Assembly: GCA_043228905.1 (NCBI GenBank) | Contig: JBHGNT010000021.1 | Coordinates: 11,718,001-11,782,000, forward strand | DNA: 64,000 nt | Source: Azolla caroliniana | Lineage: Eukaryota; Plantae; Polypodiophyta | Reading direction: 5' to 3' | In this document: piece by piece, positions 12,472-26,507 of the stretch | Layout of the letters: the number at the start of each line of letters is the position of its first letter | Numbering within the stretch: the first letter of the stretch is position 1 | Notes under the pieces: generated by a model | Databases searched by the model: none | What the model saw: only the letters and a program-made list of their open reading frames with translations | Told to the model about the DNA's origin: nothing | Translations under genes and position numbers: made by a program

Positions 12472-13287
12472 CTTGACTCGGGGCGGAATGAGGATAGTGT
12501 CGATACCATGTACGGAGAGAGTGCCGTAGGAGATGAGATCAGGCGCAATGACCCATGACCGATTGTTGATGGATATAAGCGTGGCATCATTCTCGAAAAA
12601 CACGTTCAACTTGAAGCCATCAAAGAATGTACGCGGTATCCAAGGGTTCCTCATCGTTGCTAGATTAATGATTGATGCAAAATCATGGGGATAATTTATC
12701 AGATGATACTTAATAATAGCTGCCGTCAATGTCTTATTCAATGTGGGATCATCAAAACATCCCAACCGCTGCACGCAAGCAAGTACAATAAATGGATTAT
12801 CACAATATTTCACATCTCCATTAAAATTTTAATAACTATCGAGTCCGTCTAGGTTACATGCTATGCCCTCTTGAAGTTCCGATGAACTGAGAAAACATAA
12901 ATGCTCAATTTATCATAAACAGGGTTAACTTCTTAAACACGATGCATATAATAATTCAATTTAGTTTCACAACTTACTACTTACTTCGAATGCTGAGTTG
13001 ATAGGTGCAAAAAGGGTGAAGATAGGTGGCAGAGTGTAAGGTGTGATGTTAACAGCGTTGGCAGCAGCTATAAAGTGAGAATAGGTGGATGGAAGAATTA
13101 AGCTGAGGTCGTATGTCGTACATTCTGAAGGAACTATACTAATAATGGTCGTCAGCATCAGGCAATAAGAGATTGCAATCAAACATGTAGTAGTAGTAGT
13201 TGTTGTTGTTGTCGTACTCCTGGTAGTGGAAGACACCATCATCCCTCTGGTTGCCATCACCATCACCATACCCATCGATACAGGCAA
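12472..13287 (-). CDS. Fasciclin (FAS1) domain protein, FLA-like; possibly a pseudogene
   Basis: Exon ~13287-12985: hydrophobic signal segment and FAS1 H1 motif FTLFAPINSAF, then GTAAGT donor. Exon ~12886-12472: YH and H2 motif LSVHGIDTILIP, then GTATGT donor. In-frame TAA at ~12829-12831; splice phase unresolved. Confidence 0.7.
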
Positions 13288-13808
13288 TCGATTCCAAATG
13301 TTGTAAAAAACTAATTAGTTAGAATAAAAAAATAGAAAATATAATACGAAAAGGTGCACCTATAACCACCATTATCTATTACAAGTGGTTGGTTGGTCGT
13401 AAAGCAGTGAAGGAGCCCAACCCCACCAAGAAGCTTATCACGGTGTCAAAAACGAACATGATAAATAAAGAAACAATATTCGACCATGTCAAACGTTGGA
13501 GCAATAACGAATATGGCGGCAAATGCCGCCCAGGTATCATCTTGCACTTATCACATTGAAAAATTTAATGGAAAAAATTATGAACCATGGTATGACCATG
13601 GAAATAATATTAGAACACTATAGTTTGTTAAATATCGTCGATGGAACCGACAGGTGCCCCAACATTCATGACCCCACAAAGCAATTGATTTAAACGCTCG
13701 CTTGGAAGTCCTCCTTCATATGGAGGACGCACTTAAGCAAAGTGTGAGAACCTTGGCTACCTCCAAACAAATATGGGATAGATTAGAGGCTGATTACCTC
13801 CATATTGG

Positions 13809-14670
13809 TGTACCAAAGATGTCACAAAGATTCGCATGTGTATTGTCCGCGCGGGACCACAAGGGTCTTAGACTAGGGAGTTGGAGTAAGAGGGCTTGCA
13901 CCTTGTTTGGCCTTTCGAGTTAAGGGCCCATGCGAAGGTGCTCACGAATGTGAAGCGGAGACTTTATTTTGGTCAAGAGATTTAAATGCGGCATTAAGAT
14001 AAACAGAACAGAACAAGAACAACACCAAGGTTTACAAAATAGATGTCTATAATGCTCACTAGTAAGAAGATTTTTCTTTTACAATGAAGGTCACGTGGAC
14101 CAGAGCTCAAACCCGAGCTAAAAAGGGAGAACAAACAAGAGGGTTATAAGAAGGGAGGGAGGTGGAGATCCATGATGACAACGACCACCATGCACAAGCA
14201 CTGCAAGTGAACACTCCAGCACAATGGGAGTATGAGCACACCATCGCACACCACACAAACTATGAGCCACGTACCATGAAAGCCGACCTCACCAACACCA
14301 CGAACCGCACAAACGGCGAGCACACAGGCCCGTGACGACGAACGCGAGAACAAACCGAGCGCTCCCAACACCAACACACGCTCAAGAACACAATCACTTC
14401 CCAAGAGAAGAGGGTGAGAGAGACTGAGGAACCATAAGAACCACAAATCCTAGAAAAGAGAAAAACAGTAGAAACCCTAAAGCCAAAACCCTAATGGTGC
14501 TCTCCAAAATGGGCAACCCTCGAACCCTAAAACAAAATGAAGTAGAAGATGAATCCTCAAAACCCTAATCTTCTACCTCCAAATACCAAAATGGGCTACC
14601 CGAAATAAGCCCTCTTCTCCCCCTTTTATAGTGGAAAATATGATTATGAATGAAAATGATGACGTTGACA
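13809..14670 (-). mobile_element. Gypsy-type LTR fragment inserted in copia gag
   Basis: Left end tgtcacaaag...gcgggaccacaagggtcttagactaggga matches the LTR terminus at 52595/54857; boundaries uncertain. Confidence 0.6.
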
Positions 14671-17450
14671 TGTTTGTCAAAAGCCAGAGACTTCGCCTTG
14701 ATGATTTGATCCTTTCAAGACTTAGTTTGCCAAGTTCCATTCAATCCGCCCTCTTGGTAGCTGCCCTACCCCCATCATAGCAAACATTTATAAGCACAAA
14801 ATTCACATAAGCAAACATTAGCGTCCCAACATTAGTGGCATCAATCTCACAAGAAAATGTCATACTTCATTGGGCAATAAATCAACCCTCATCTCACACC
14901 GCACTTTATAGCAAACATTCAAAATACAATAAGAAATCTTACATCAACATACCAATCTACTAACTCCAAATTTTATTCAAGGACCTCTAAATTTAATGAT
15001 TCAAGAGATTATAACAAATCTAGGTTCCTTAAATCGTTTTGCAAAAATTGTCTAAGGAGTGGACATGAAACAAAATATTGTTATAGGAATTCTAATAACC
15101 AAGGGGAAAGAGCATATAAACAAGACCCCTCTTACAATGCATCACATGATGATTATGATCAAAATAATGACATATGTCATAGTGACCAAAATTCCGATGA
15201 GGACAATAAAGATTCTTTCATAACCTTCATGGCCCTCACTTCATTTAACCACTCTCCCACTTCAATGTGGATTGTTGATACAAGTGCCGCATATCACCTC
15301 ACCTCAAGGGTTGAATGGCTTAAAGAATATAAGCCCTTAAGCATCCCTTCCAAGAAAGATTTTGGAATAATAGGGATGAATAAGCCCTTGGACATGGGAC
15401 TGCCCATCTTGAACTTTTTGATGGGTACTTTGTTGAAGTCAATGAAGTTTATTATATACCTAACATAGTAAAAAACTTGATATCTGTCAATAAACTCACA
15501 AATGATAATACATTTGTCGAGTTATACCATAAAAATTGTATCATTCGTCATAAGACAACCTCTGGTCGAGTTTATGTTGTTAATTGTCCAAGACAACGAT
15601 GTCTTTACCTATTAGGCCGCTCTATGGTGCCTACTAAAGATGCACACCACATAGATGATTGAGACAGATCAAACTATGTGACCGTACTATGGCACTATCA
15701 ATTAGGTCACCGAAACCATCAAACAATGGTTCACAAGGCTCGACAACGTATAGCAAGTAATACCCTTCCTCGGAAATCAACATTATCCCTTTGCGAAGGG
15801 TATATCTTTGGAAAGCTCTCTAACTCGCCATTACCTTCACATTTTACAACGACTACTAAACCCCTCCATTAGTACACAGATATATATATGTGGTCCTCTT
15901 ATCTACTCCATCCCTATCTGGAATGTATATTTCTTAACATTTATCGATGACTTTACTCATTTCACAATGGTCACTTTTCTAAAGACAAAATTTAGTGATC
16001 AAGTCCATGAAAATTCAAAACCTATCAAAAACTTGTAACAAATCAACAAGATATAGCTCTTAAAGCACTTCAATCAAATAATGGTGGAGAATTGAATTCC
16101 CAAAACTTCCAAATTTAGTGCCAAATCCCTTATTCATCTCAACACAATTCAAGGGTTGAACGACAAAAATGGTTGTATATGGATGTAACTCGTTGCATGC
16201 TCGCCATTGCAAACCTTCGCTGAACATATTGGGAAGAGGTTGTTTCAACTGTTTGTTATATATTCAATAGAACATATAGAATTGGGACAACTCCATTTCC
16301 TTTGTGGTTTGGGAAAAGTCCAAATCCAAGAATCTTTGGATGTCTAGCATATGCACTCGTACCCTTAGATGCTTGATAAAAGTTACTAGATAATCACACA
16401 GTTAGCGCAATGCAATATTCGTTGGGTATGAAGAATCTCATGGCTATAAGGGTTATCGATTATATGACAGAAAATCCAAAAGATTTATATTCAGTCGATG
16501 GGTGATATTTGATGAAGATAACCTAATATCTAATCCTCACCCACATCATTGACCTGAAAAGATACAAGACATAACTACCATATCAAACAGGTCCAACACC
16601 AAATCCAACAAAGAAGTAATATCATCACCTAGTAATTCTTGGCGGGCTCCGCCAACTTCCTCAAAAATCTAACAAGACACAATTGACCACATGCCAATTA
16701 ACCGACTTCCATTAACATCCTCATCTCTACAGGCCCACCGACAAGTTTCACCTTTAACCAATGACTCTACTTATCGCCTCTAGTAACCAAACAATCACAA
16801 CAAACTGATGTACATGCCCCAATTTTAAACACTAATCCTACCCAAACTAGGAAGAGCCTTAGTCATCACCTAAATATTCATAAGGAGAAACCTTTAGGCA
16901 AAACACAACCAACTCACATTAATTTGATTATTCATGTTCCCATCCTTGCAAAAAATCCATTATTCCATTACAAAGATCCTCATGTTGTAATGGCAAAGAA
17001 AAAGCCATTGGTCACAAGGACGCAAAAGTAATTAAAATAGGATTTGTGCTATTGCGAAATCACCTAGTTCACTTTGTCCTACATCCACTCCAAGGAAAGT
17101 GTGTGCTATTCAAGATATCTACGATCATGTCACCAAGAAAATAGATGTTCTTATTGCGGACCATAAATTTGAAACTGGGTTTGCATTCTCAACACTTGGT
17201 TCCCCCTCGATCACATCAAATGTTTCTGATGATCCGTTAAACTATCAATGAGGCCTTGCAAAGTCCAGATCGTGTTGAATGGCAAGCTACCATGAAGAAA
17301 GAACTTGAATCTCTTGATGCCAACAAAACATGGACTCTAGTACCACTCCCAACAGGACGCTCACTTATCTCATGCAAATGGGGGTTGAAGAGAGAACTAA
17401 ACCCTGATGGTACCGTTGCATGTTACAAAGCTCGACTTGTGGCTCGTGCT

Positions 17451-17750
17451 TTCTCTCAAGTCGAAGGACTCGACTATTCTAAGACATTCTCACCCATTCT
17501 CCGTATGGCATCGTTTCGACTCCTAATGGCTCTAGCCACCATTCTTGACCTCGGGGTACATTCTCTCAAGTCAAAGGACTTTGACTATTCTGAGACATTC
17601 TCACCCATTCTCCGCATGGCATCGTTTCGACTCCTAATGGCTCTGAAGTCCTGACTTGACTATTCTAAGACATTCTCACCCATTCTCCACATGGCATTGT
17701 TTCTACTCCTAATGGCTCTTGCCATCATTCTTGACCCCGAGGTACATCAT
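17451..17750 (+). repeat. Tandem triplication within copia RT
   Basis: Three copies of gactattct(a/g)agacattctcacccattctcc..atggcat.gttt..actcctaatggctct. Confidence 0.9.
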
Positions 17751-19693
17751 TTCGATGTACAAACAACATTTCTACATAGTGATTTAATAGAAGAAATCTA
17801 CATGTCACAACCTCTTGGGTTTGAGCCACGCTCCCAACCAAGTTCTATGTTTGTCGGCTACATCGATCTCTTTATGGACTCGAACAATCTCTAGGATTAT
17901 GGTTTCAAAACTTTTAACAATTTCATGCTCTCACATAGCTATTCTAGACTATTATCGGAACCAAATATATACATTAGACACTATCATACATCTAATCAAT
18001 TGTTAATGGTAGCACTATATCTGGATGATATTCCTATAGTTGAAACACCATCTGAAATTACTCAAGTGAAGCCAAAACGTTCAAAGCACTCTCAAAAACA
18101 GATTTAGGTTCCTTATCTTATTTCCTAGGCATGCAAGTTACTCATAATCATAGCATCGGCACTTTGATTATTCATCAAAATAAATTCATTAATGAAATTT
18201 TGATATCCTTTTGTATGCTAAACATTAAACCTTGTACTACTCCCTAGTCATTGACATGTAACTTGAGTGTATCAGATGGCCCCACCACAAAAAGAGATAT
18301 TGTTTTTATGAAGCAATTTCTTTTTAAACAATTAATAAGAAAGCTTCGATATTTAGTTACAGGAACTCATCCTGACCTTTGTTTAACAATTAATTATCTT
18401 TCACGTTTTATGCATAACCCCAAACTTATGCACTGGAAATCACTTCAGCGAGTTATGCGATATCTAAAACACACATCTAACTATGGATTAACATATAAAC
18501 GATCCCAATTCAAAAGAACAATCAAATCACTAGTTGGTTGGTCTTGATTCGGATTGGGGGGGATGTTGATTCTCAAAGATCTCATGTTGGTAGGAGCAGT
18601 AATGACATGGCAATAAAAAAAAGGGATATGTGACACTCTCATTTGCTGAAGCTGAATTTGTAGCAGTGGTGTTGGCCGCTAAAGACGGACTATGGTTGCA
18701 AATAGTGCTAAAGGAACAATTGAAAATCTTCTGCAACAATATATCATGTATCTACTTGATGAAGAATTTAAAGCACTCAAAGAAAACAAAGCATGTGGAT
18801 TCAATATTTCTACACCAAATATCAAATTATTTACATGATCGATGCATGCAAATGATTGGTTGAACAGAAGAATGCCTCAAGTCGTGTGGCCATGAAAAGA
18901 TTAACCTAACCTACACACACAGTAATTGCCTAAGGAGAACACAGGAGAAATTGCCATGCATATATATATATATATATATATATATTACATGAAGCTATGG
19001 AGATTCTGGAAGTTTTTAATCCTATAGCAAAACACACATCATCAGGGCACAGACAGTTAGGTTCGAGTTTGTGGAGCTCTCCCTGTGACCGGATTTTCTT
19101 AAGGCACGTGACTTGTCCCAGAAAGCCTCTCTCGTGTTTGTTTCACATTGTGAAACGCCAGCGCTACCCTACGGATGTGTCTTAAGGACTTATTGGCCCC
19201 CTGTGCTCTCGACAAAGATCTCTCTCTCTCTCTCTCTCTCTCGGTTGGGTGACCTGCCTCAATATACATACCTACAGACCCTCCTGCATATGCATGACGA
19301 CCATCAATTCTCGGTTCCCAGGAGCAAATTAACTTTTAGTCTAGGAGGGTGAACATCCATCTAAGAGGAGAGAAGAGACAATTATATAAGAATAGTAATA
19401 GTAGTAGTAGTAATAGTAGTCCCTGCACCAATTTGTTACGACTGCAGCAAAACCACCTACCACCCACCACTACCCTGCATAGAAGAACATATATATATAT
19501 ATATATATATATATGCATGTACATACATCGTGACCACCGCCGGCAGAGCAACACATGATTGATATTACACAGCTCAAATTAACAATATCTAAATTTCATT
19601 TCATGTCCGGATGTTAACGAACCAAAAGAAAACGGCGCCCACTCCACTCCATGATGATGCGGAACACAGATGATTAATGAGCGAATGTATTAC

Positions 19694-19729
<36 letters not shown>

Positions 19730-20112
19730 GTTGTTACCAGAAAGAAAGATGCTTCCTTCCGATTGGGCAGCAGGCGACGGGGGAATGGGAAGGGGGAAGG
19801 GGAAGGGGAAGGGGAAGGGATTACATTAGAAGTGGAATGAAACCGATGGATGGGCGGGAAGGAAGGAAGTTTTATTTTCTTATTTTCTTTATTAATTATT
19901 TATGGAATAATATAATAATATGTATATATATATAGTACGTAAAAGGAAGGCTAAGGAGGAGGAGGATTTTTCATTCATTTCTATGTCATCATCATTCATA
20001 TTTATGAATAGTGAATAGAACGGAATGGGATAGAAAGGAAGGGAGGGAGGGATAATGTATGTTCTTTTTGTTTGTTTGTTTTGTTTTCTTCTTCCCGAGA
20101 AACAAGTGAGTC

Positions 20113-20301
20113 AACAGGCATCCAAATCCTTTGGTTTGGACTACTCACCAACGGAGTCTCACCCCACCCATGCATGCATTAGACAATGAGGAGTTTGGAG
20201 TTTGAACAACTGGCATCCAAATCCTTTGGTTTGGCCTACTCACCAACGGAGTCTCACCCCACCCATGCATGCATGCATGCATTAGACGATGAGGAGTTTG
20301 A
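20113..20301 (+). repeat. ~96-bp tandem duplication
   Basis: ggcatccaaatcctttggtttgg..tactcaccaacggagtctcaccccacccatgcatgc...gaggagtttg present twice. Confidence 0.9.
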
Positions 20302-21976
20302 CTTCCTTACAAAATGATATATATTGTATGCTTATTCAAAGCTACAAGGCTTTGGCCTCTAATATTTACTCCATTTGTCATTATCCAAGCCTTACATACC
20401 TTGCAATTAACCTCAAGTATCTTTATAAGTTCTTATTGTATAATCTCTCTAGCTTTTTGAATTAGCTATTAGTTTCTAATGTCCGCATCGAGTGGCAATT
20501 AACGATCCATCAAAAGAAGTACTTGCACATGGCAAAAGACCAGAAGTTGGCAACAAGATAGCATTGGGATAAGTCATAATGGTCCAATATAATTCTATGT
20601 GACAAGCATCAATTTAGCTCTCATATTATCATATGATGAGTGTGCCCCTCTAGTAGCACAATTATATCGTCTTGTGCGGAAAGCTTGTGAGGTCACATAT
20701 CATATTTAGCATTTGAGCCATTATGCTAAGCTTGTGTGGAAAGTCTTTGGCTCAAATTCGGAGTCATTCGATCGCCATCACTTCAAAAGTCGGAGTCAAC
20801 CTCACGCCACGAAAATAAGTAGAGATGGATACCCAAAACTGCATCGACATGAGAGACAGTGACACCCCCAATGGCTCCTAAACCCATAAAATCACAAGTA
20901 TGGTATGGGTCACACTATCCATGGGTATATGATAATGGAAACCATAAAAATCAAGTCGCTTGGTGGTGTGTTCGCAAAACATTAACCAAAGGGCAAGGTT
21001 GGGACAATAGAGCCACATAATTTTTGCTACCTATACAAAGTTGGATATAAAACACAACATCCGACCACCAAGCTAGGCCCAAAACATAGCCCCCCCCCCC
21101 CCCCCCCCCCCTCCCAAACCATTGGCACGTAAACCAATGACATGTCCCTACCCAAAAAGATGGGTTGAGAAAACCAAAGTGCATATGGTGGCAAAATCCA
21201 ACCCCAGTAATACAAGACGGATATGTCCCAACCCACTTGACAAATTTGGATTCTTCGAATGCAAATAATCAATACCCAAATAACGGCGAAAACCCAGTTC
21301 TATGCTATAGAGAAGATCTAAGGATCCCCGCACAATTGCACCTAATGAAGAAATGGGATGACATCCAACAACGATATGACATAAACCGCACGCTGGATGG
21401 GTACCCAAAGCCCAACTTGAAGGTCCTCAAACAATGAACAAGGATATGGGCCCCATTAAACAAGCTTCCTCAAACAGGTGGCTAGATTTAAGTCATCTAT
21501 GTGAGCCCAAAAGCTCATTGGTACAAGCACCCTTTGCCAGGTTTATGAAGGGGAATGCAGAGGAATCAACACACAAGTAATGTCTTTGCGGCATACTCAA
21601 CTAGATGGACAGACTTCTTAAGAAGTGAGAAATGACAAAAACATGAGGACATAAGGAAGGTGTTTCATGGACATAGATAGTTGATGAGAGAGGTTGAAGA
21701 ATGTCATGCATTTAGATATAACTTAGAAGGGGAGGGGAGGGGAGGGAAGGGGAGGGGAGGGGAGTGTTGAGGGGTCAAGAAATGCAGAGCCATCCATATA
21801 TGTATAACAGTACATGTAAAGGAACGAATGAAAGAAGAAGATGTGGTACCAGCAAGCGCAGATACCACCACTCTACTCAAAGGCTCACACAATTCAATTG
21901 ATTGAAGATTCTAGCGGAGAAGAGTCTACCTACCTACTATGCATGTACATAACTAAAACAGAATATGTATGTACAT

Positions 21977-22034
<58 letters not shown>

Positions 22035-22257
22035 TGATTCAGTTGTAAGGGGAGGGGGGGCAGCAGAGAAGAAGAGTCTAAGGCAGAAGAAATATATAGT
22101 GCGCGACACGAAAAGAATCAGAAGCAGAAGCAGAAACAGAAACAGGGTTAGCAGACAGAAACTGAAATAGGCGACATCTACGTCCCTCTTCCCGCAGGCA
22201 CGCAGGCACGCAGGCAGGCAGGCGCACACACACAGACACACAGACACACAGACACAC

Positions 22258-22297
<40 letters not shown>

Positions 22298-22301
<4 letters not shown>

Positions 22302-22877
22302 GGGATGCATTCATGGACAAGTTCAACATGTTAGGGGAGCGCATCAAGGAGGGCGGTGTGGATCTGGGTCGCAAAATGAGCGCGGGAATGAGCTCCGTGA
22401 GTGGTCGCGTGAAAGAGTTATTCCAGGCACCCACGGCTGCGGATCGCATGGTGGAGGAGGCTTCGTCCGAGACTCTTACTGAGGGCCCGGATTGGGAGAA
22501 GTGCATGCAGATCTGTGATGTGGTGAACCAGGACCCTGTGATGGGGGTTGAGGTTGTTCGGGCCATCAAGAAACGCCTGGCCCTCCATTCCCGCAACCCT
22601 ACGGTTCAGATGCTCACTCTCTCCCTTCTCGAGACGTGTGCGAAGAATTGTGAGAAGATGTTCTCTGAAGTAGCGTCAGAACGTGTTCTTGATGAGATAG
22701 TGAAGGCTGTGGATGACCCCCTCACGTCACCTGCTGTTCGCCATAAAGCCCTCACACTCATTGAATCGTGGGGTGAGGCCACTGATGAGCTCCGCTACCT
22801 CCCTATTTTTGAAGAAACCTATAAGGTAACAATTTCCGTTACCCTAACTCTCCTACACTTCCAAGGATATATGTTTA

Positions 22878-22914
<37 letters not shown>

Positions 22915-25011
22915 TTATTTGTATTTATGCTATGAGAGCTTGTATTACTAGAAAACGAGGTGGCATCTCAAAAGAATCGGTGGTCCCTTTAGATGAATCA
23001 AAAGTTTGTAGCAAGCATGCACATCAAAATGATACTAATACCTTTTAACTTTACCTCTCTAAAGAGGCCCTTCTATTGTTTTGTGAGGCAATGCTAAGAG
23101 GTGATGGTAAAGTCTATATTTTTTTTAACTATCGGAAAGTAGGTATTTATTTCTTGTAATAAATGCAGAGTGAGTGATCTTGATAAATTTTTGCAATATT
23201 ATTGTTAATCTCTCCAAATTTGTTGGTCTCTAAAGATTGTTTCACCATTGCTTACAAATGCAAACAAGAGGCAATGTGTCCTATCATGGTTTGCATGACA
23301 TATATAGTTTAATCAAATCAAGTCACATGCTCTGTGATATTGGTGGAAAGCTATTGGCATTTGGTTTGAAAAGTTTGTGTTATAAGGCTTTGAAAGATAG
23401 GTTTAGGTTGAAAACGAAAATTGAAAACTAATTAGAAGTCCATAATGACATCTTCTTTCACTTAATCAAAGGAGGGGGGAGGGAGTTCAGTTGACATTTG
23501 TCCCAAGAAGTTCAACTCAACTCCTGACCACCAACTATGGCTTACAGGGATCATGCTGACTGAGCTTGATCTTTTGAAACAGAGTTTAAAATTGAGGGGT
23601 GTGCAATTTCCTGGACGAGATTCAGAGAGCTTGGTGCCAATATTTACACCACCCAGAACCTTCTCTTTAGAGCCCGAACTTGATGCTGGAGTGGTGATGG
23701 AGCCTTCTATTATTGGTCAATATACACTGGAGCAATCCAAGGAGATTTTAGATGTTGCAAGAAATGCTGTGGAGCTTCTCTCAACTGTACTCACGTCATC
23801 TCCCCCGCAGGACGTTCTTAAGGTGCACCATTTTTTGTTGTCCAATGTATTCTTTATTATGCTTTTTTATGAATGAACACATATGTACTACTTTAATCCA
23901 CTTTTTTTTCTGCACAAATAGATATACAAATCTGAATTCTCATGAACCAATTTAATCTACTTATTTTGTGATATGGAAGCATAAAAATCATGCTCCCGAA
24001 AAAGTTGTGATGGCAATACAAAAGCAAAATGCATTTTCTTAAATACCATAAATATATGATAAAATAGTGGAAAATGGGTTAAAGTAGAAACTTCCAGTTC
24101 TACTTATCAGTCGAGAAAATCATCATTGATTAGATGCTCTTAAAACCCTTGATACTCACGGAAATTGAAGTTTCGAGAAATTTAGGTCAAGTTAAAACAA
24201 TGGTATCGTTGACAATTGATGGAAAGTCAAGTGGTTATGTAAATTTTTTTTTACAATGATTGATGATAATAGGTTCCAAGCCCAAAGTTTGGTATATATT
24301 ACATCAGAATCACAAGCCACCACCCTATTATTTTGCTAGCAATGAACTGCTGTGTTGCTTTTCTTCTGTGGCATTCTTCCACCCTCTCTTAATCAGCTCA
24401 TTGCTCTTGACAAAACACGTTGCTATATTTAATAATACATGAAATACTGTGAGACAATGGGTTTACTAGATTGATAATTTAACCTGTCTACTAATATGTC
24501 TTCTAGTGTTTCTCTCAGAAATTCAGTATAACAATGTTTCATAATTCCAACTAAAATCCCGAATTTCCTCTATGTTTGGCAGGAAGAGCTTACGGGTACC
24601 TTGGTTGGGCAATGTCGCCAGTCACAGTTGAGCATACAGAGGTTTATTGAAAGAGGCACGAACGATGAACAACTACTTTTTGAAGCACTGAATGTGAATG
24701 ATGAGCTCCAGCGTGTGCTAGGCAGGTTCCAACAGATGTGTGAGACTCCTATGTTAGTTTCCAATCAGTCATCAGGACCAGCTCTAATACCTGTTGGAGT
24801 CGTCGATGACGAAGAGGCTTTAGTCAGTAGAAGTGAAAACTCGTTAGTGAGAAAAGTGTCTGCCAAGACTTTGAATCAAAAGGATGAAGAGGCAACTATT
24901 GCAGATTTAGATGAGATGATATTTGGTCGGCCAGGGCCAGAGGCGAATTCACATAAGGACAATTATCAAGGTACAAGGAAAAAGAACAGTGATGATCTTA
25001 TTGATCTCTAA
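22298..25011 (+). CDS. TOL1: TOM1-like protein (VHS + GAT domains), TOL1/TOL2-like ubiquitin-cargo adaptor; join(22298..22825,23583..23822,24583..25011), 398 aa
   Basis: N-terminus MGDAFMDKFNMLGERIK resembles plant TOL1; VHS (ASSETLTEGPDW...LETCAKNC...SWGE) and GAT (LLFEALNVNDELQ) motifs; GT-AG introns, both phase 0; ends DDLIDL*. Confidence 0.93.
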
Positions 25012-25129
25012 TTTTGATGATGATGAAAAACTTAATGCTGTACCCATGAACCCCATTTATATATAATGGCTGCGAGTCCTCTTGTCACTATCCAGGTGAT
25101 TTCTCTTAGAGTACGCACAACTTGGATAA

Positions 25130-25645
25130 TATTGAGGTTATAGCAGTCTGTACATATCTGCAATTGGCAACTTCATCGTGTAAGCCCAAATAAATTAATA
25201 AACATGGTCATAGTTCACTGTTAAGTATTAAGTGTAAGAACAAGAAATGTAATATTGTGTCAAAGCATTTGAAGGGCCCATCGAGTTTCTAGATCAACAA
25301 AATTGAGGTTATAGCAGTCTGTACATATCTGCAATTGGCAACTTCATCGTGTAAGCCCAAATAAATTAATAAACATGGTCATAGTTCACTGTTAAGTATT
25401 AAGTGTAAGAACAAGAAATGTAATATTGTGTCAAAGCATTTGAAGGGCCCATCGAGTTTCTAGATCAACAAAATTGAGGTTATAGCAGTCTGTACATATC
25501 TGCAATTGGCAACTTCATCGTGTAAGCCCAAATAAATTAATAAACATGGTCATAGTTCACTGTTAAGTATTAAGTGTAAGAACAAGAAATGTAATATTGT
25601 GTCAAAGCATTTGAAGGGCCCATCGAGTTTCTAGATCAACAAAAT
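25130..25645 (+). repeat. Three essentially identical 171-bp tandem repeats in the TOL 3' region
   Basis: Unit starts attgaggttatagc at 25131, 25302 and 25473. Confidence 0.97.
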
Positions 25646-26507
25646 TTCAAATTTCTCTCCATAGCCATGAAGTCCTGGGTTTTGGTAGATAGAAGGTTTT
25701 TGTTAGGTTCCAAGTTATCTCTTAATCATGAAAATTCTTAGTGCTTGGGACAATTTATAATTAGTGTAGAATGTTGACCACGATTTTGAGCGCCTATTAT
25801 AGTGATAATATGATAATTAGACACAAAACGACTAAGAAAAGATTTGGTCCGATGCAATTTAAGGATAAGGTAATAAAACATGAAAAACCTGAGTTGCAGC
25901 TAAAACAAGTCAACAAGACACATGAAGATTAAATAACTTGACAAAAAACGTTTGTTGGAGCTATACATGATGGAATAGTGAACTCAATTTTGACCCAAAG
26001 AGCTAATAACTTGCACAATTCTCATAATGAAGTTGGCAAGATTTTGAGGTTTGTTCAATCTAAAAACTAGGTCATTCTTGATGTCAATAAAAGCAAGGGT
26101 ATCAACCATCACATGAGTGATGGCATATGCATGTAGGAAATGCCATTCTCAATCTTTTTCTCACAACTTTCTTGTTGAGTGGTGGATTTATGTGAGGTTA
26201 GAAGTAGGTTCCTTTTATAGAAGGGATGTCAAGGCATTTGTAGGGAGCAACAAATTTCAACTTCAAATGTATTTATGGTAAACCTAAAACTAGAGTAGGA
26301 AGATGGAAGAGTATATGGCAATATTATGTATTCAAAAGTAGGTTTTATATAAGGGAGAACTTTTGGGAGCTGATTTTTAAATGTTTTAAATACCAAATTT
26401 TTATTATATTAAGTTTACTTAGTGTTATTTGTTTGAAAGGCTTTTATGATAATCAAACAAAACTTTTAAAATTGGAGTCATAAGTTAACTCTATCAAAAG
26501 ACGAGAC

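Larger units (their letters stand above)
13513..18830 (+). mobile_element. Highly degenerate Ty1/copia element (no LTRs recognised)
   Basis: Gag IEKFNGKNY..W (~13555), CCHC knuckle CKNCLRSGHETKYC (~15040), protease WIVDTSAAYH, integrase FLTFIDDFTH, RT YKARLVA/LYLDDI, RNase H AEAEFVA/KHVD. Confidence 0.9.

Noticed and set aside
13805-13820. Eighth N-(C/T)G-N target site (TTGG)
   Set aside because: LTR start is ambiguous (13809 or 13820) and no matching right TSD was found, so it was excluded from the count.
14470-14570. Telomere-like AAACCCTAA motifs
   Set aside because: Scattered telo-box motifs common in plant LTRs and promoters; not a telomeric array.
19085-19210. miRNA precursor hairpin (cttaaggcacgt / atgtgtcttaag)
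   Set aside because: Only ~14 bp pair; too short for a miRNA duplex, and no known mature sequence recognised.
19330-19360. miR390/TAS3-like target site (AGGAGGG core)
   Set aside because: Several mismatches at miRNA positions 1-6 and no tasiARF sequence nearby.
21090-21111. Poly-C tract / G-quadruplex candidate
   Set aside because: Simple homopolymer with no supporting context.
25130-25645. Possible CRISPR-like array
   Set aside because: Units are contiguous and identical with no unique spacers; eukaryotic context with no cas genes.
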